In this document: positions 54,627 through 64,000 of the stretch, piece by piece
How positions within the stretch are numbered: position 1 is the first letter of the stretch
Layout of the letters: each line of letters begins with the position of its first letter
From: a virus
Lineage: Duplodnaviria > Caudoviricetes
Strand: one strand, 5' to 3'
Length of the DNA stretch: 64,000 nt
Virus record (IMG/VR): IMGVR_UViG_651324073_000003
Location: 25,062 to 89,061 of that record
Position numbers and translations under genes: made by a program
Notes under the pieces: model-generated
Seen by the model: the letters and a program-made list of their open reading frames with translations, nothing else
Told to the model about the DNA's origin: nothing
Database searches by the model: none

Positions 54627-54905
54627 TCAGGCGTTGATGGCGTCCTTCAGCGCCTTGGTGGCACTGAACTTGACCGTCAGGGCGGCCGGAATCTGCACCT
54701 CCTGGCCGGTCTGCGGGTTGCGGCCGGTGCGGCCGGCGCGCAGGCTGGCCTTGAGCTTGCCGGCACCGGGGAGCGCGACTTCGTCGCCATTGCTGGTGAG
54801 GTTGGCCTTGATGACCTCGCCCAGCGTTTCAAGGATGTGCTTCACCTGGGCCTTGGGCACTTCGGCGACTTCGGCGACGGTGCGGATGGTTTCTGCTTGG
54901 TTCAT
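54627..54905 (-). CDS. HU-like DNA-binding protein
   Basis: MNQAETI, LPGAGKL, RTGRNPQTG, VKFSATKALKDAIN. Confidence 0.93.
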   Translation of the reverse strand: MNQAETIRTVAEVAEVPKAQVKHILETLGEVIKANLTSNGDEVALPGAGKLKASLRAGRTGRNPQTGQEVQIPAALTVKFSATKALKDAINA

Positions 54906-54907
54906 GG

Positions 54908-55147
54908 TTACTCCTGGGGGGTGGTGGTGGTACGGAAGAAGCTGCGGACGGCGGCCACCAGGCTGACGAGCCAGATGGCCAGTGCGAACGCGAGCACGAC
55001 GACACACACCAGCGCCGGCAGGGCCAGCGCTGGGGCAACGACGACGGCCCACGTGAGTTCGGGGATATGCCCCGACACCTTGAGCCCGGCCATGGCCAGC
55101 GATACGACGATGAGGTAGGCGGGCAGCTGCTCGAACGTGCGGTACAT
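54908..55147 (-). CDS. Small membrane protein
   Basis: LKVSGHI..LTWAVVVAP..TM. Confidence 0.7.
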   Translation of the reverse strand: MYRTFEQLPAYLIVVSLAMAGLKVSGHIPELTWAVVVAPALALPALVCVVVLAFALAIWLVSLVAAVRSFFRTTTTPQE

Positions 55148-55177
55148 GACGGACTCCTCGGGTGGGGGCGGATGGGG

Positions 55178-55780
55178 TCAGGCCGAGGCGGCGGCCTTGG
55201 CCTTGACCTTGGTCTTGCCGGCCTTCTTCGCCGGCTCGTCGTCGCCCTGGCGGCGCGCCGCATCGGCGAGAATGGTTTTCACCAGCTTGTCGAGGTCGGA
55301 CTCGCCGATGGCGACAAAGGCCTTGTCGGCGCCCAGCACCTTGCGCACGCCGATGCGCTGCAGGTGGGCGTCGCTCAGCTGGCCGAGGGCGTCTTTCACC
55401 AGCGTGGTTTCGGTGCGGATGAGCAGATCGGCCGACTCGGGCAGCAGGTTCTCGATGCGGGCGATGACGGCGGCTTCGTCGTTCCAGTCGAGGCTGTCTT
55501 CTTCCTTTCGGAAGCCAGCTTTCACGCCGTCGACGGTGATCGACCGCGGCTTCACGAACAGCGCGGGTGCGGCTTCGACCAGCGCCTGCAGTTCGGCCAG
55601 CGCCTCGGCTTCTTCGGCCGCAGCGGCGTCGATGGCGCCGCGGAATTGGCGGGTGATGGGCTCGATGGCCTGCGCGATCTGCGCCTGCTGGGCAGCGGCG
55701 AGGTCGGTGAGCACGCGATGGCGGGCGGCGAGCACCTGGGCGGCGTCGCGGATGGCGGCAAGTTCGGGGGTGGTCTTCAT
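55178..55780 (-). CDS. gam: Gam-like host-nuclease inhibitor
   Basis: Coiled N-terminus, LFVKPRSITVDGVKAGFRK, LIRTETTLVKDAL. Confidence 0.8.
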   Translation of the reverse strand: MKTTPELAAIRDAAQVLAARHRVLTDLAAAQQAQIAQAIEPITRQFRGAIDAAAAEEAEALAELQALVEAAPALFVKPRSITVDGVKAGFRKEEDSLDWNDEAAVIARIENLLPESADLLIRTETTLVKDALGQLSDAHLQRIGVRKVLGADKAFVAIGESDLDKLVKTILADAARRQGDDEPAKKAGKTKVKAKAAASA

Positions 55781-56535
55781 GCGGGTACTCCGTGGTTTGC
55801 GAGCGCGGCCTCAATGGCCGGACGGACGCGGGCGGTGAAATCGGCCAGCGCGAGCGCGGCGGCCGGGTTGAGTTCGATCTGTCTGCCGTCTTCGTCGATG
55901 ACCAGGCGGCCGGTCGAGTCGAGCGCGAACACGGGCGCCATACCGTGCGAGGACGCCACCGGCGTGGAGGTCACGGCGACCGCAACAGGGGGCGACGCTG
56001 GCTCGGCAGCCTCGGCAGGTTCAGCCGCTTCGGCGCCCTGGGTGTCGGTGACCACGTAGCGCAGGTGGGTGCCCTTGATCGCCGGTATCGGACGGATCAG
56101 GTGTTGGCCGTTCTTCAGGTGGTTGATGCACTGGCTGACCAGCGCGGATGGCGCGTCGAGCGCGAGAGCGATCTGCGAGGCCGTGGGCGGCTCGGCCGCG
56201 GCGCGTATGTAGGCGAGCACTGCAGCACGCAGATCGGCGCGGGTGGCGTAGCCCTTTGCCTCGGCTACGCGGGTGACCGGCTTGGCGGCGAGGCTGTAGC
56301 GCCAGTGCTTGGCGACCTCATCGAAGACGGCGACGGCCCGCTTCTCACTGACCAGCAGATCGCCGGCTCGACGGATGTCTTCGTGTGACACGCCGGCTCG
56401 CGGGCAGGCGTCCTTCAGCCAGGAGACCGAGCACTCACCCTCCGCAAGCTGCTCGGCGACCCACTCGTGCAGCGGCACGCAGGCGCTGGCCAGTTCGGTC
56501 AGTTGATTCGCGAAGGATCCGGCAGCCTTCTTCAT
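55777..56535 (-). CDS. Hypothetical protein with winged-HTH-like segments
   Basis: ATG 56535, coupled; TASQIALALDAPSALVSQCINHL. Confidence 0.6.
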   Translation of the reverse strand: MKKAAGSFANQLTELASACVPLHEWVAEQLAEGECSVSWLKDACPRAGVSHEDIRRAGDLLVSEKRAVAVFDEVAKHWRYSLAAKPVTRVAEAKGYATRADLRAAVLAYIRAAAEPPTASQIALALDAPSALVSQCINHLKNGQHLIRPIPAIKGTHLRYVVTDTQGAEAAEPAEAAEPASPPVAVAVTSTPVASSHGMAPVFALDSTGRLVIDEDGRQIELNPAAALALADFTARVRPAIEAALANHGVPA

Positions 56536-56819
56536 GGCCGCACCTCGTTCGGGCCGACCGGCCGCGCGTGGCAGCCATTGGTGAGCGGCAGTTCGCACAC
56601 CAGGGTGTAGCCGGCGATGGAGAGGTCGCCACCGCGCTCGACCCAGCGCTCGATCTGGCGGGCGGTGGCCATGTCCATCACCAGGATGCCGGTGCCGAAG
56701 GCCAGCACGGCTACCATGCACAGGTCGGCCAGCGTGGCGATGAGGCGCGGCGGCGGCGCCAGGGCGTCGATCATCAGCTGGTCTGCGGCCGTGGTTGCAG
56801 TGATGCGTTCGTGCTTCAT
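56532..56819 (-). CDS. Small membrane protein
   Basis: One TM; coupled. Confidence 0.55.
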   Translation of the reverse strand: MKHERITATTAADQLMIDALAPPPRLIATLADLCMVAVLAFGTGILVMDMATARQIERWVERGGDLSIAGYTLVCELPLTNGCHARPVGPNEVRP

Positions 56820-57148
56820 GCGGACTCCTTTGCGGGGGCGGCGGGCTTGTGCGGGCAGGCCTGGCAGGCCACCCAGTGGCGCAGCTTTTCCGGGCTGCTG
56901 GTGGGCACGCTGCGCAGCGCATGGCCGGCGCAGTCGGCACGGGGGATTTCGCCACCCAGGTGCGGGCAGCGCACGACACCGAAGGCGGCGAGCACCTTGG
57001 CGCCAAAGCGGTCGGTGTTCGCCTGGTACTTTCCGGCGGCGATCAGGCTCACGATGGTGTGGTTGCGGTAGCCGAGACGGCGGGCTACCTCGACAGCGCC
57101 GTGCTCACCCAGGGCGCGATCGAACAGTGCGCGGGCTTCGGGCGTCAT
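56816..57148 (-). CDS. HTH DNA-binding protein
   Basis: VARRLGYRNHTIVSLIAAGKY, CPHLG, C..CPH. Confidence 0.75.
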   Translation of the reverse strand: MTPEARALFDRALGEHGAVEVARRLGYRNHTIVSLIAAGKYQANTDRFGAKVLAAFGVVRCPHLGGEIPRADCAGHALRSVPTSSPEKLRHWVACQACPHKPAAPAKESA

Positions 57149-57768
57149 GGCCGCCCCTCCCCACGTTCCCAGCCACTGCCGTCGAGCGGGTAGTCGCGTT
57201 CATGGTTGCCGTCGTACAGCGCGCGGCGCTTCGGCACCGGCCGGGGTGCGATCGGGCCGGTGTTTCGGTCCGGCATCAGCGCCCAGCGGACGCAGCCGTT
57301 ACTGGTGACGCGCATCGGCGCCTCCTTAACCCGGAGGCGCCGCACATAGCCGGCGCGCTCCAGCAGACGCATGTACTTGGCGAGGTTGTTCTTCAGGTCG
57401 GCTTCGTCGCCCTGGGCGACCAGCATCACCAGATCGTCGAGCGTGGCCTTGCCTTCGATGCGCAGCGCCGACCACATGCGGTCGCGGGCTGTCTCGGCGC
57501 GCAAGATGCGCCGCCCGGCCACGTGCGGGTGCTGCGGGCCGCTGGCGATGCGCCGGCCATCGTCGAGCGCGGCGCGCCCTTCGGTGGTGAGGGTGTGACA
57601 GCCGGCCACTCGGCGCGACAGCAGGCCGCGACGCACCAGCACGCGGCAGGCGTTCTCGCATTGCTTGTCGGTGAGGCCGGCGCGCTGCGCGAGATCGGTC
57701 TCGCGCAGGCAGTCGCCGGGCTGCGCGGTGCGGGCCGCTTCGAGCACGCGTTGGGCTGTCCAGCTCAT
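57145..57768 (-). CDS. Tandem winged-HTH protein
   Basis: Two wHTH-like units; RDRMWSALRI, YMRLLERAGYV. Confidence 0.75.
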   Translation of the reverse strand: MSWTAQRVLEAARTAQPGDCLRETDLAQRAGLTDKQCENACRVLVRRGLLSRRVAGCHTLTTEGRAALDDGRRIASGPQHPHVAGRRILRAETARDRMWSALRIEGKATLDDLVMLVAQGDEADLKNNLAKYMRLLERAGYVRRLRVKEAPMRVTSNGCVRWALMPDRNTGPIAPRPVPKRRALYDGNHERDYPLDGSGWERGEGRP

Positions 57769-58040
57769 GAGCCCTCCGCCGGCCGGGCGGCCGCCTTGTC
57801 GATGGCGGCCTGCGCGGCGTCGACCGTGGCCTGGTCGGCCGTGTCGATGCCCTGCGCGATCGCCAGCGCCACGAGCTCGGGCCAGGTGATCAGCAGGGTT
57901 CTGTCCATCGCCTGGCCGACGATGACCGGCTCACCGCGGAGCGTGAGGCCAAAGCAGTAGTGGTTGCCGTCGGCGGCAGAGATGCAGCCTTTGTGCTGCA
58001 CGGACGGCACATCACTGGGGAGGACGTAGCGGCCGATCAT
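57765..58040 (-). CDS. Hypothetical protein
   Basis: Coupled ORF. Confidence 0.6.
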   Translation of the reverse strand: MIGRYVLPSDVPSVQHKGCISAADGNHYCFGLTLRGEPVIVGQAMDRTLLITWPELVALAIAQGIDTADQATVDAAQAAIDKAAARPAEGS

Positions 58041-58333
58041 TGGTCGCCTTCCTCGCTCACGCCTGCAGCCCGGCGGCGACGACCGCTCGGCGCGGTCGAT
58101 CGATCACCGTTGGGGTGTTTCACAGCATCTGCCTTCACTGTCTTGTAGGCGACCTGCACTTCACCCTTGGCCAGCCACTCGTCGCGAGCGAAGTTGCGGC
58201 TCGTAAAGTCCAGCTCGACGGTGACAGCGCCCTCCATCAGCGCCGCCACCTTCAACGCACGATCAGCGGGCAGCAGGAACGAATGAAAACCGTCGAACGT
58301 GATGACGGCGAGCGATGCGGGTTTGGTAGCCAT
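58037..58333 (-). CDS. Hypothetical protein
   Basis: ATG 58333; coupled. Confidence 0.55.
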   Translation of the reverse strand: MATKPASLAVITFDGFHSFLLPADRALKVAALMEGAVTVELDFTSRNFARDEWLAKGEVQVAYKTVKADAVKHPNGDRSTAPSGRRRRAAGVSEEGDQ

Positions 58334-58797
58334 CACGCAGCTCCTTTCACGCTGGCGCGGTCGATGAGCCACTGGCGGTAGTTCATCAGCGCTTGCAGGC
58401 GGACCTTGTCGGTGCTGGCCTCGAACACGCCGGGCACCAGCCATGTCTTGCCGTCATGCGCGAGGGTGGCTGTGCCGTGAATCGCGGCGCGGACTTCGAA
58501 CGACGTGCCTTCTGCGACATGCAGCGCGCCTTCCGGCTTCGTCTCACCGAACTCGATCACCCCGTTGTGCCAGCAGTAGGCGATCAGGTGCTCGCGGTCA
58601 TCGAGCAGCACCTGCCAGTCGCTGCCTTCGATCCAGTCGACGTCGGCATAGGTGGGCTGGTCGAAGCGTGCGGCGAGCTTCTCGGCCAGGCGCTCGACCG
58701 CGGCCTTGGCCGACACAGCGCAGCTGGCGCGAAGGCCGCCGCCGGAGGCGATGTAGGCGCCGGTGGTGTACCGGACGCGGGCACGGATCTCGATCAT
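58333..58797 (-). CDS. Hypothetical protein
   Basis: ATG 58797; AYCWHNGVIEFG. Confidence 0.65.
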   Translation of the reverse strand: MIEIRARVRYTTGAYIASGGGLRASCAVSAKAAVERLAEKLAARFDQPTYADVDWIEGSDWQVLLDDREHLIAYCWHNGVIEFGETKPEGALHVAEGTSFEVRAAIHGTATLAHDGKTWLVPGVFEASTDKVRLQALMNYRQWLIDRASVKGAA

Positions 58798-59147
58798 GCG
58801 CGCGCTCCTTCGCCAGCCGACTCCACCTCGGCGAACTCGAACACCGGAGTCTCCTTTCCGTCGGCAGTCATGACGAACAGTCGATTGATGACGAACAGGC
58901 CACCGGACGTGTAGTTGCACGGCCCGCCCGCGTGTTTGAACGTATTCGAGTGATCGGCGCCGGTGTAGCGGCCGACGCACGAGAACGCGACCGCTCCAGA
59001 GGGGGCGCCCGCGTTACGCCAGTCCTGGACACTTGCGACGTGCCCGCAGGAGGGGCACACGAAGCGCCAACGCATCGCATCAGAGCCGAAGCGGCGCTCG
59101 CCTTCTGCGAGCCAATCGGCGTGCTGCATTACGAGGTGTTCAGCCAT
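58794..59147 (-). CDS. VVA0879-like Cys-rich phage protein
   Basis: RFG.D...WRFVCPSCGH, SCVGR, CNYTSGGL. Confidence 0.7.
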   Translation of the reverse strand: MAEHLVMQHADWLAEGERRFGSDAMRWRFVCPSCGHVASVQDWRNAGAPSGAVAFSCVGRYTGADHSNTFKHAGGPCNYTSGGLFVINRLFVMTADGKETPVFEFAEVESAGEGARA

Positions 59148-59881
59148 CACGCAGCCTCCTTCGCAACGCGCTTCACGCGCCAGTCCTGCACCAGCACGAC
59201 GCCCTGCAGGTCGGCGGCGGTGACGGTGACGAGCTTGTTGCGGCGGGCAATGGCTTCGATGGCGACCAGGGCGTTCATGGTCTGGCGCATGCGGCCCTGG
59301 GCCTGCTGATGCACCAGCGCGACCGCGTCGGGCGCGACATTCACTTCGCACAGCTGCGCGCACATCAGGCCAATGTCTTCCACCGTCGAGGGGCGGAAGT
59401 CGACCACGCGGGCGATCCGCGACGAGATCTGCGCGTGCTTGCCGATGCGGCTCTGCACCTGCTCGACGCCGGTGACCAGCACAGCCATCGTTTCGGTGGT
59501 GTCGGTGATGTCGCGCAGCTCTTCGAGTACAGCCGCGCCGCTGTGCAGGCAGTGCTGCACTTCGTCGATGACGATCGTGGCTTGGGTATGCCCGATGCGC
59601 GCGATGACGCGTCCGAAAACAGACTTCAACGATCCGTCTTCGTCCTCGCCCAGCTCGCCGGCGAGGTCCCGGATGAAGAAGCTGGGCGTCCACATCTTTT
59701 TCGCGCGCAGGTAGATGGCGCGGTTTGCAGCAGCCCACTTCTTCACCGTGGTGCTTTTGCCCAACGCCGGGTCACCGGCGACGAGCAGCCAGCTCGCCTC
59801 CGGCGCACCGCGCTGCTCCACCGCCTTGAGGGCGGCACGGAACAGCTCGACGTTCTTGGTTTCGACAAAGGCCTTTTTCAA
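59147..59881 (-). CDS. Transposition ATPase B
   Basis: FVETKNV, GDPALGKS, IVIDEVQH, ISSRI, AQGRMR. Confidence 0.92.
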   Translation of the reverse strand: MKKAFVETKNVELFRAALKAVEQRGAPEASWLLVAGDPALGKSTTVKKWAAANRAIYLRAKKMWTPSFFIRDLAGELGEDEDGSLKSVFGRVIARIGHTQATIVIDEVQHCLHSGAAVLEELRDITDTTETMAVLVTGVEQVQSRIGKHAQISSRIARVVDFRPSTVEDIGLMCAQLCEVNVAPDAVALVHQQAQGRMRQTMNALVAIEAIARRNKLVTVTAADLQGVVLVQDWRVKRVAKEAA

Positions 59882-59938
59882 AGTGCTACCCTCCAGATTG
59901 CGACGTGCAGTTGCATCGGCTGTCGGTTGAGCTGCAAC

Positions 59939-62152
59939 TCAACCGGCGGCCACCTCAAAACCCTGTTCCGGCGCGCTCGCGCCGCCTTGCAGCGCCCGCT
60001 GCGCCCTCTCTTCCATTTCCGCAGTCCAGGCCACGCCCTGGTAAGCCAGCCGCGGCAGCAGCGCCTCGTACATCGAGCTCTCGACGAAGCCGAGCAGCCA
60101 CTCGGCGTCGAGGGCGTCCCACGCGTGCGGGTGGCGGTAGAGCCAGCGGTACTGATCGGCGTCGTCATCCGGACCGAAGCGCGGGCGCGATTCGGTGCCG
60201 GGCAGCTGAACGACTTCAGGGGCGCGCGAGGCGGTGTCGTCTTCGAGCTGGACGGGCGACTCGATGGCGTCCGGGATGCGCACGGCCGGGATGTCGAGCA
60301 GCGGGTCGTAGAGGCCGGTGCCTGCGCTGTGCTCCAGCACGCGCCCGGCGTCGCGCTCGGCGCGCACCTCTTCCAGCTTGTCCTGCAGGCGGCGCTCGCG
60401 GCCGGCCGCGCGCTTGTCGCGCGCCTGCTCGATGACCGACTGCGGGAAGTAGCCGCGCTTGTTACCGTCGAGTTCGGCGGTGCAGATGTAACGGCCGTCC
60501 ATGTCGCGGATGACCACCGACGACGGGTCGTGGATGTCGTAGCCGACGCGCACCTTCTCGCCGTGCAGGTCGAGTGCGTCCAACTCGGCCGAGAAATAGC
60601 GGTGGTTGTGCAGCTGCACCTCGCCACGTCGCACGACGGCCAACTTGTACGGCCGGAACATGTCTGCCGCCTGCTCGGGCTCGGGCATCACCGGCAGCCA
60701 GCCCTCATCCCGGGCGGCCTGCCAGGCTTCGAGCGGCGACATGTGGCGACGCCTGCCGGTGACCGTATCGACGATGCGCGGCAGCGCTGAATGCGGACGT
60801 GCGTTGTAGGCAGCAGCCTGGGCTTCGGCGAACGCGACGAAGTCGCGGAAGGCCATGAGCAGTTCGCTGCGGCCACCTGCTTTCATCGCAGCGCGGGTGA
60901 TGCGAAACACCTTCTGGCGGGCTTCGCGATCCATGCCCGACCCCATGTAGGTCGGCAGCGATCGGGCGGCGGTCACCCATACCGACTGGTGCGAGCGCTC
61001 CATCAGGCCACGTGCCTGGGAGTTGTAGGGCAGCGAGTTGCGGATCTCGTAGCCGATGCGAGCCGCCATGCCAAGGACTTCGTCGGCCTGGAAGGCGTTG
61101 GCGTAGCCGCCGCCGTTATCGACGTAGAAGATCGAGCAGATGCCGCATGTGGTGAAAGCGTGCCGCTGTGCGTCGAGCACCGCCCAGGTACTTTCCGCGA
61201 GCCCTATGGACCAGCCAACCATGCGGCGGGTGGCCACGTCGACAATCGCGGTGACCTCGGGCCGGAAAGGGCGACCGTGGTCGGGGTGCTCAATCTCGGC
61301 GTCGAACGTGTGGCCGTCCGCCGTGTAGACATCGCCGGGCAGCAGCTTCGAGGTGTCGCGGCGCACGAAGGGGCGCAAGGCCTTCAGTTCGCGCGGCAGC
61401 ATGCGGCCGCGGTTCTGCTCAACTGCCCCGACCTTTTCGAGGAACCGGCGCACCTGGTGAATGGACACGCCCGGCCATCTGGCGGCGAAGAGCGCATAAG
61501 CATCGGTCACGCACGGCTTCTGAGGCTTGCGGTACTCCGCCATGAAGTCCGCCGCCCAGGCCGGCACACGCATATCGGCGGCGGGCAGCTTCGGGGCCAG
61601 CTCGCTGGCAGTGCGGACCGACAGCCAGCGCTTCAGCGTACGCACAGAGGGGTACGCATCACCTTTTCGGCCCCGGCTGTCTCGTGCCGACCGCAGCATC
61701 TTGTCGATCACCGCATCGAGTCGGCCTGCGCGTGCGTGAGTCAGGAGTGCCGTCATGGCGGCTTCCTGCGTACAGCTCGCATCAGCCTGCAGCCGGCGGA
61801 TAGCGGCCAACACGGCAGCGCGTGCATCGCGAGCGGCGCGCTGGGTGTCAGTCAGGTCAGCGGGAGCAGTGACCGTGACTTCGGAAGAAAAAGCGGCCGG
61901 CACCGGAGTACCGGCCGAAGGGGTCACAGCGGATGCTGTGGTGCAGAGACGCGGTTCTACCGCCTGCAGCCGACCAGCCACCACCAGGCGGCGAACAGGC
62001 TCAGGAATGGATTCAAGTGAGTAGAGACGCTGGCGACCGCCGCGCACAGCCTGCTCCTCGAACAGCCAGCCTTCGCGCTGAGCACGCGCAAGGACAGCCT
62101 GCTTCGAGACGCCCAGTGCATCGACCAGGTCTTTCACGGTGACGGCTTTCAT
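59939..62152 (-). CDS. Mu-type DDE transposase A
   Basis: N-terminal HTH; YTADGH, YVDNG, MERSH catalytic motifs; C-terminal VRVGYDIHD. Confidence 0.95.
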   Translation of the reverse strand: MKAVTVKDLVDALGVSKQAVLARAQREGWLFEEQAVRGGRQRLYSLESIPEPVRRLVVAGRLQAVEPRLCTTASAVTPSAGTPVPAAFSSEVTVTAPADLTDTQRAARDARAAVLAAIRRLQADASCTQEAAMTALLTHARAGRLDAVIDKMLRSARDSRGRKGDAYPSVRTLKRWLSVRTASELAPKLPAADMRVPAWAADFMAEYRKPQKPCVTDAYALFAARWPGVSIHQVRRFLEKVGAVEQNRGRMLPRELKALRPFVRRDTSKLLPGDVYTADGHTFDAEIEHPDHGRPFRPEVTAIVDVATRRMVGWSIGLAESTWAVLDAQRHAFTTCGICSIFYVDNGGGYANAFQADEVLGMAARIGYEIRNSLPYNSQARGLMERSHQSVWVTAARSLPTYMGSGMDREARQKVFRITRAAMKAGGRSELLMAFRDFVAFAEAQAAAYNARPHSALPRIVDTVTGRRRHMSPLEAWQAARDEGWLPVMPEPEQAADMFRPYKLAVVRRGEVQLHNHRYFSAELDALDLHGEKVRVGYDIHDPSSVVIRDMDGRYICTAELDGNKRGYFPQSVIEQARDKRAAGRERRLQDKLEEVRAERDAGRVLEHSAGTGLYDPLLDIPAVRIPDAIESPVQLEDDTASRAPEVVQLPGTESRPRFGPDDDADQYRWLYRHPHAWDALDAEWLLGFVESSMYEALLPRLAYQGVAWTAEMEERAQRALQGGASAPEQGFEVAAG

Positions 62153-62589
62153 TCCCCGTCTCCCGCAAAGCGCTTCAGTTGCTTCAGTCTGTGGGCTGCC
62201 GCATCGCGCATGCGCTCAAGCCGGCCGATCTCGGCATTCAACGCCTCACGCCCCACCAACAGCTGACCACCACGCACATCTGCGAGCCACGCTGTAATGG
62301 CATGGGTGGCGGTCGCCTCCTCGAACGCCGGGAGGTATTCGAGCGGGAAACGCCACTCGGCCCGACTTTCCGCCGTCCAGGCGTTGATCATGTGGACGGT
62401 AATGTCCTGCCCGGTCAGCTCGCTCATGCGTACTGCGATTGCCGCGCGCGAAAGCGGAGACGCCTTGATCGCCTCGGAGATCAGCCCGCGGATGACCGCG
62501 CCGAAGGCCAGCGCACCGGGCAGCGCAGCACGCGGTGTCGGTACCTCATAGGCCTCGAACAAGTCGGCAGTGATCGTGTCGCGGCGCAT
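62149..62589 (-). CDS. Conserved transposable-phage regulatory protein
   Basis: SRAAIAVRMSEL, MINAWTAESR, FPLEYLPAF. Confidence 0.75.
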   Translation of the reverse strand: MRRDTITADLFEAYEVPTPRAALPGALAFGAVIRGLISEAIKASPLSRAAIAVRMSELTGQDITVHMINAWTAESRAEWRFPLEYLPAFEEATATHAITAWLADVRGGQLLVGREALNAEIGRLERMRDAAAHRLKQLKRFAGDGE

Positions 62590-62591
62590 GT

Positions 62592-62918
62592 CTAGACCTG
62601 TGCCGCGGTATTGCCATTGCGCCCGCGGAGGTCGCGAGTAGACTGTATGGCGTGGATGCCCTGAAGCTTCCGGGAACCGTCGGCGTGATAACGCGACGGC
62701 CAGATGGTCTTCGGGTGCAGGTTGAGGGCCTTGGCGATACGCCGCTCCCCGGCCGGACTGCTCTCGCGCATGGCGCGAGATAGGCCTGTGGGTGCGATGT
62801 CGTAATGAATCGCCAGAGCCCGGACAGTCCAGCCCGCCTTGCGAAGGGCGGCCACGATGTCTGCAGGATGCCAGTCGGACCTCTGACTGGCTTTTTTAGG
62901 CACGGAAATACGTTCCAT
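62592..62918 (-). CDS. ner: Ner-like repressor
   Basis: DWHPADIVAALRKAG, ERRIAKAL..HPKTIWPSRY. Confidence 0.92.
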   Translation of the reverse strand: MERISVPKKASQRSDWHPADIVAALRKAGWTVRALAIHYDIAPTGLSRAMRESSPAGERRIAKALNLHPKTIWPSRYHADGSRKLQGIHAIQSTRDLRGRNGNTAAQV

Positions 62919-62948
62919 GTAACCGGTGCGCGTGCTGTTGATGTGTGC

Positions 62949-63104
62949 ATTACGCACGTTAAAACGTGCCATGTCAACAACTGCGCGTGTCGGTTGACGC
63001 TTGGGTTGACGCTTTTCCGTGCCACTAGAGCTGAAAATACTTAGTTATTAGTGACTTATGGAAGCGTCAACGCATGAGCGAACCACAGACCACCGTTGAC
63101 GCTT
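62949..63104. promoter_or_regulatory. Mu early/repressor control region with repeated operators
   Basis: GTTGACGCTT at 62993, 63005, 63095 and inverted at 63062; palindrome GCACGTT-AA-AACGTGC 62954-62969; minus TTGACA-17-CGTAAT. Confidence 0.7.
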
Positions 63105-64000
63105 TGGATCTGGAAAGCGTCAAGCAGGGCGTGGGCACTCGCCTGCGAGACTTCCGTCAGCACCTACGTCTCTCGCAAGACGTACTTGCTAAGACCTTAG
63201 GAGCCTCGAAGCGCGGGATTCAGGACAACGAATCGGGCAAGACATTGCCTGGAGCTGCCGTTCTGCGCGGGCTGCATGAACTTGGGCTGAATCTGGCCTG
63301 GCTGCTGGCTGGCGAAGGCCCAATGCTGGCCGCCGATCTGGCTCGGGAACGCTTGCTGGATGCGCAGCAGGACGAAGCCCAGTGGCAGGTGGTGAAACTC
63401 GCCTTGTCGGACTTGACCTGGGAACAGCTTGTATCGGTTGACGCTTTCGCAGATGCGGACCGATTCGTCCGCGCCTACAACAAGGGTGAAACCTCAGCCT
63501 CAGAAGTGTTGCGAGAGCAGCTGCCCACCATCACCGTCGAGGATTTGCGAGTCTGGGCGACCGCAGCGCTTCGATGGCGCCATCGCTGGGAGAACGCTCC
63601 GGTGCGGTTGGCGTATTCCACCCCGCCAGCGGAAGCCGTGAAGCGGCGTGCGGCGGAAGCGAGCACGCTGATCGACCAACCGGAGGTGGTGGCCATCAAC
63701 CGCGCCTCGCTTGCACGCTACCTGGCCGCAGTACGGCCGGCTCTCGAACAGAATCTGATGGATCGGCCTACGGCCGCATCAGTCGTAGCAGAGCTGTACA
63801 GCCAGGACGATCCGACGGCGGATAGACCGGTGCTCAACCTGCTCACCGCCGTTTTGCGCGGTGTTTGGCGGTCCCAAGTAGAGAACGGAGCGCCGGTGAC
63901 CGGTCCTGCGGAAGAAGCGGCTGCAATCGCTGACATCTGCCGCCAGATTGGGTTACAGCCTGATGACCAGACAAAAGGGTTAACGCGCTCAGCCGGATAG
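63074..64000 (+). CDS. Prophage repressor (XRE HTH; no S24 peptidase domain seen)
   Basis: GTRLRDFR..L.LSQ..LA..LG.SKRGIQDNESGKTLP; divergent from ner. Confidence 0.85.
   Translation: MSEPQTTVDALDLESVKQGVGTRLRDFRQHLRLSQDVLAKTLGASKRGIQDNESGKTLPGAAVLRGLHELGLNLAWLLAGEGPMLAADLARERLLDAQQDEAQWQVVKLALSDLTWEQLVSVDAFADADRFVRAYNKGETSASEVLREQLPTITVEDLRVWATAALRWRHRWENAPVRLAYSTPPAEAVKRRAAEASTLIDQPEVVAINRASLARYLAAVRPALEQNLMDRPTAASVVAELYSQDDPTADRPVLNLLTAVLRGVWRSQVENGAPVTGPAEEAAAIADICRQIGLQPDDQTKGLTRSAG

Larger units (their letters stand above)
22337..64000 (-). mobile_element. Mu-like transposable prophage (contractile tail); left end beyond window
   Basis: Repressor, ner, MuA/MuB, gam, gemA, mor, lysis, Mu-type head and tail genes in Mu order; right end inferred at TG 22337. 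Confidence 0.95.

Noticed and set aside
1-64000. CRISPR array, DGR or retron
   Set aside because: No regularly spaced repeats, no reverse transcriptase motifs, and no template/variable repeat pair seen.

Overview
GC-rich proteobacterial DNA, probably betaproteobacterial (inferred from GC richness, gene style and a CTGT-N8-ACAG LexA box). The window is almost entirely two adjacent prophages. (1) 1-22254 is one arm of a lambdoid prophage. It carries replication genes P/O, a PD-(D/E)xK-like protein and a DUF4942-type m6A methyltransferase. The cII/cro/cI switch has identifiable operators and is followed by a cI-coupled cargo operon (membrane proteins, thermonuclease) and a PIN toxin pair. The PL operon holds YqaJ-RecT-RdgC, a Rad50-like ATPase, a C5 methyltransferase with an overlapping second ORF, DUF5131, an excisionase-like gene and a tyrosine integrase. 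It ends at a duplicated 3' half of tRNA-Asn (att site). (2) About 22337 to beyond 64000 is a near-complete Mu-like transposable myovirus prophage on the minus strand: repressor, ner, A, B, early genes, gam, HU, gemA, mor, lysis, terminase, portal, gpF, gpG, protease, capsid, neck, sheath, tube, tape measure, baseplate and a short fibre. It has several inserted cargo genes. Most notable observations: a LexA-boxed small gene at the Mu right end with a paralogue in the lambdoid prophage, next to a non-cleavable Mu repressor; four late promoters sharing a TGAA-N4-TTCA dyad, three apparently leaderless; a spanin-position protein with an autotransporter-like beta C-terminus; a gpF nuclease-like extension followed by a cloverleaf-like RNA; an SGNH-hydrolase cassette among head genes; and rdgC inside the head module. 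All family assignments come from motif recognition and memory, not database searches.
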